Below the pieces are notes generated by a model. That model was not told the origin of the DNA and did not search any database. It saw only the letters and a list, made by a program, of their open reading frames with translations. This document shows, piece by piece, positions 14,820 to 16,966 of a stretch of 16,966 bases of DNA. Location of the stretch: the NCBI GenBank assembly GCA_964518475.1, contig CAZFGR010000027.1, positions 3,720 through 20,685 on the forward strand, read 5' to 3'. Position 1 is the stretch's first letter, and each line of letters opens with the position of its first letter. Source of the stretch: an uncultured Nitrososphaerota archaeon. Lineage in GTDB: Archaea; Asgardarchaeota; Njordarchaeia; Njordarchaeales; Njordarchaeaceae. A program made the translations under genes and the position numbers.

Positions 14820-15020
14820 AAATCTCTAAAAATTAAATTTCATCAAACGATGCATCAGCTAATATATCAGTCTTTCTAATTCTAACGCTTAACTGTAATA
14901 CTCACCTCAAATGTATAAGAAACAGATCATAATTCATCTTTTTGCTAGATTCATAATCGGCACAACCCTAATTTTCTCCAGTCTGGTACCAACTACAATG
15001 GCAATCATCATTTCCAGCAT
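14820..15020 (-). pseudogene. wecB: 5' remnant of UDP-N-acetylglucosamine 2-epimerase (WecB-like)
   Basis: ATG 15020 gives MLEMMIAIVVGTRLEKIRVVPIMNLAKR* (stop 14934-14936), matching the WecB start MKIAIVVGTRPEIIKMAP. A shifted frame continues NYDLFLIH, equivalent to FLIHTGQH. Confidence 0.7.
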
Positions 15021-15053
15021 ATCTCTTTCCGCATCCTAGTAAGAAAAAAAAGT

Positions 15054-16966
15054 CTAATCACTATGACTGGACAATATAGCCATGTATTTCAAGCAAACAA
15101 CAAAACTATTAGTTACGGGATCTTTTGAATAAATTGCCAGTCGAACTTTTTCCAGAACTTTTCCCTGTTTTAATGGAAGGCTAATCCACAATTCATCCCC
15201 CGAAAGCTCAGCGGATCGCCCATGCATCTTCCCATCCTCATAATAAACCTCAAACAAAACAGTAAGGTTAGTAGCGTTACCAATAATGTAAACAACGAAA
15301 CCCTGAAAACCAGTTACATTAAAGCCCTCAAAAAACCTCTCAATAGTAAACCAACCCGATGAGCCAGCAGGGATAGCGATCCATAAATTATAGCCATAAT
15401 CCATTCGAACAAGCCACAAACTAGTATTGAGCGTCCGAGTCACAATACGCCACTCATTACGAGAAATATTAAAACCAAGAACATCATAAGCAGTAGCGAA
15501 GATAAGAGGATTGATTATATCCAAAACAGAATCATTAACACGAAAAACATAGATTCCATCCGCGATCTCTCTACACAAGGCCAGCTCTAAAGGAGACAAC
15601 ATGTATAACCGAGAAGCCAAGACCAAAGTCTTATTCACAGGATCATAAACCCTACCACGTACGTCAGGCAAGCCACTCAAAAGCTCAAGCAAATGTCCCT
15701 CATAAATGATGGTTCCCAGATAGGCACGAGCCCAACCAACCACGTGAGGCGAAGAACGCGGATCAAGAGGCTTGGCCGGGCTATTATAAATCAAGAAGAT
15801 GTTACTCGTGTTTTCGAAACCGAAAAGCTCACTCATTTCCTTGATCTGAGCCATCGTCTCGGGATCAGGCCGATAAACATACTCATGAATCATAGCATTA
15901 GGAAGCACACTTGCGAGAACAAGAAGAATCAAAGCAGAGCAAGTCAAAACCCTAATAAACTTAGGATTCAGCAATCTTGAATGTGTCGAAGCGAAAGAGT
16001 GGGTGAAGAGAGTTCCAACTTTATCAGCAATAAAGTATATCGCGATGCCCTGAAGAATCCCAAGAGGATAAAGAATATAGATACGATAAGCACCAATGTA
16101 ATAGAGCTCTAGTGGAAGATACAGAAGCACCGATAGCACAGTGACCCACGAGACCATGAGAACAGAGAAATACTTGCATTCACGAATAAGGGATATAACA
16201 ATGAATAAGCCGAGAATACTAAACAGAAACACAAGAGTGCTTTCTCGACCCACCATCCAGTACCACTTAACACTCCAAACCTTGGAGCTAAAAACGAGTA
16301 AGCGATGAATCTCAGCAAAAAATGCTACAGAGAGTAAGAGTAGAAAAGAGAACAGCAAAAATACAATCTTCTTCCAAGATCTCCCATCTAAAGCGTGTCT
16401 ATCGAGCATTAAAAGAAAGAATTCACTGAGCAACACAATACTGAAGAAGATTCCAGTTGCCCAAGGATGGGTGAGAACAGCAATAATGCCAAGGACAGCA
16501 AGAACCACAAAATCCTTCATAGAATATTCACTCGTATTCTTTAACCCCAAATATTTCCCAAGGAAAATGTATAATATTGGAACGGCGAGAAAATTCGCGA
16601 AGAGATCCCAACTCAAACGAACAAAAAAGAAGCTCAGGGGAGCAGTAATCGCGGTCACATACGCAACGACTTCATTCAAACCATTTCGCACAAGATAATA
16701 AGCCGAAAACGCGAACAAACACGCGACAACAAGAGGATAATAGAAATAAGCAATTTCAAGGGGAATACCTAGCTTATAAACAAAAACCATAAGAGCAACG
16801 AATAAGGGACGCCTCCATCTAAAAGCAACATCTATAAAGCGATCCCAAGAAAGAGACGCTAATTTGATTAAAGCAATATAATACATAGGCACATCAAAAC
16901 CCATAACAAAAGGATAAAAGAGATAACGGTAAGCAATGATCAAGCAAGCTACAGAGAACATGAAGG
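15054..16966 (-). CDS. Multi-pass membrane protein, GT-C-like paralog 3 with extended C-terminal extracellular region (probably 5'-truncated by the window)
   Basis: At least 635 aa with AYRYLFYPFVMGFDVPMY, FFVRLSWDLFAN, LTHPWAT and GAYRIYILYP. The frame is open to the window edge, and the paralogs have many more residues before the GFD motif. The soluble C-terminus is about 280 aa with many sequons. Confidence 0.8.
   Translation of the reverse strand, partial: FMFSVACLIIAYRYLFYPFVMGFDVPMYYIALIKLASLSWDRFIDVAFRWRRPLFVALMVFVYKLGIPLEIAYFYYPLVVACLFAFSAYYLVRNGLNEVVAYVTAITAPLSFFFVRLSWDLFANFLAVPILYIFLGKYLGLKNTSEYSMKDFVVLAVLGIIAVLTHPWATGIFFSIVLLSEFFLLMLDRHALDGRSWKKIVFLLFSFLLLLSVAFFAEIHRLLVFSSKVWSVKWYWMVGRESTLVFLFSILGLFIVISLIRECKYFSVLMVSWVTVLSVLLYLPLELYYIGAYRIYILYPLGILQGIAIYFIADKVGTLFTHSFASTHSRLLNPKFIRVLTCSALILLVLASVLPNAMIHEYVYRPDPETMAQIKEMSELFGFENTSNIFLIYNSPAKPLDPRSSPHVVGWARAYLGTIIYEGHLLELLSGLPDVRGRVYDPVNKTLVLASRLYMLSPLELALCREIADGIYVFRVNDSVLDIINPLIFATAYDVLGFNISRNEWRIVTRTLNTSLWLVRMDYGYNLWIAIPAGSSGWFTIERFFEGFNVTGFQGFVVYIIGNATNLTVLFEVYYEDGKMHGRSAELSGDELWISLPLKQGKVLEKVRLAIYSKDPVTNSFVVCLKYMAILSSHSD

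Noticed and set aside
12097-16698. ORFs 12097..12333, 13568..13786, 15693..15980, 16109..16318, 16471..16698
   Set aside because: Overlap longer, motif-supported genes and have no independent evidence.

Overview
This looks like an archaeal cell-surface glycosylation locus; the archaeal origin is inferred from GGGGGTG-type ribosome-binding sites, TATA-like boxes and the gene families present. It encodes four intact GT4 glycosyltransferases, an extended-SDR nucleotide-sugar epimerase/dehydratase whose YxxxK motif reads YEYSL, and three paralogous multi-pass GT-C-like membrane proteins. One paralog (<1..1314, minus strand) is missing from the ORF track. The apparent intergenic gaps hold decayed genes: an IS5/IS4-superfamily transposase with candidate terminal inverted repeats, a wecB-like 5' stub, a GT4 5' stub, and possibly a nucleotide-sugar dehydrogenase and a second transposase. 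The most unusual element is a two-gene minus-strand unit at 5954..8594. Its first gene encodes a type I membrane protein (signal peptide, FG-GAP/VCBS-type propeller, TSP3-like Ca-binding repeats, one TM helix) whose ~90-aa cytoplasmic tail resembles an archaeal antitoxin. It overlaps the start of a PIN-domain (VapC-like) gene with a partly degenerate active site. This may be a toxin-antitoxin module wired to an extracellular sensor. All family calls are by-eye motif recognition; no database searches were run.
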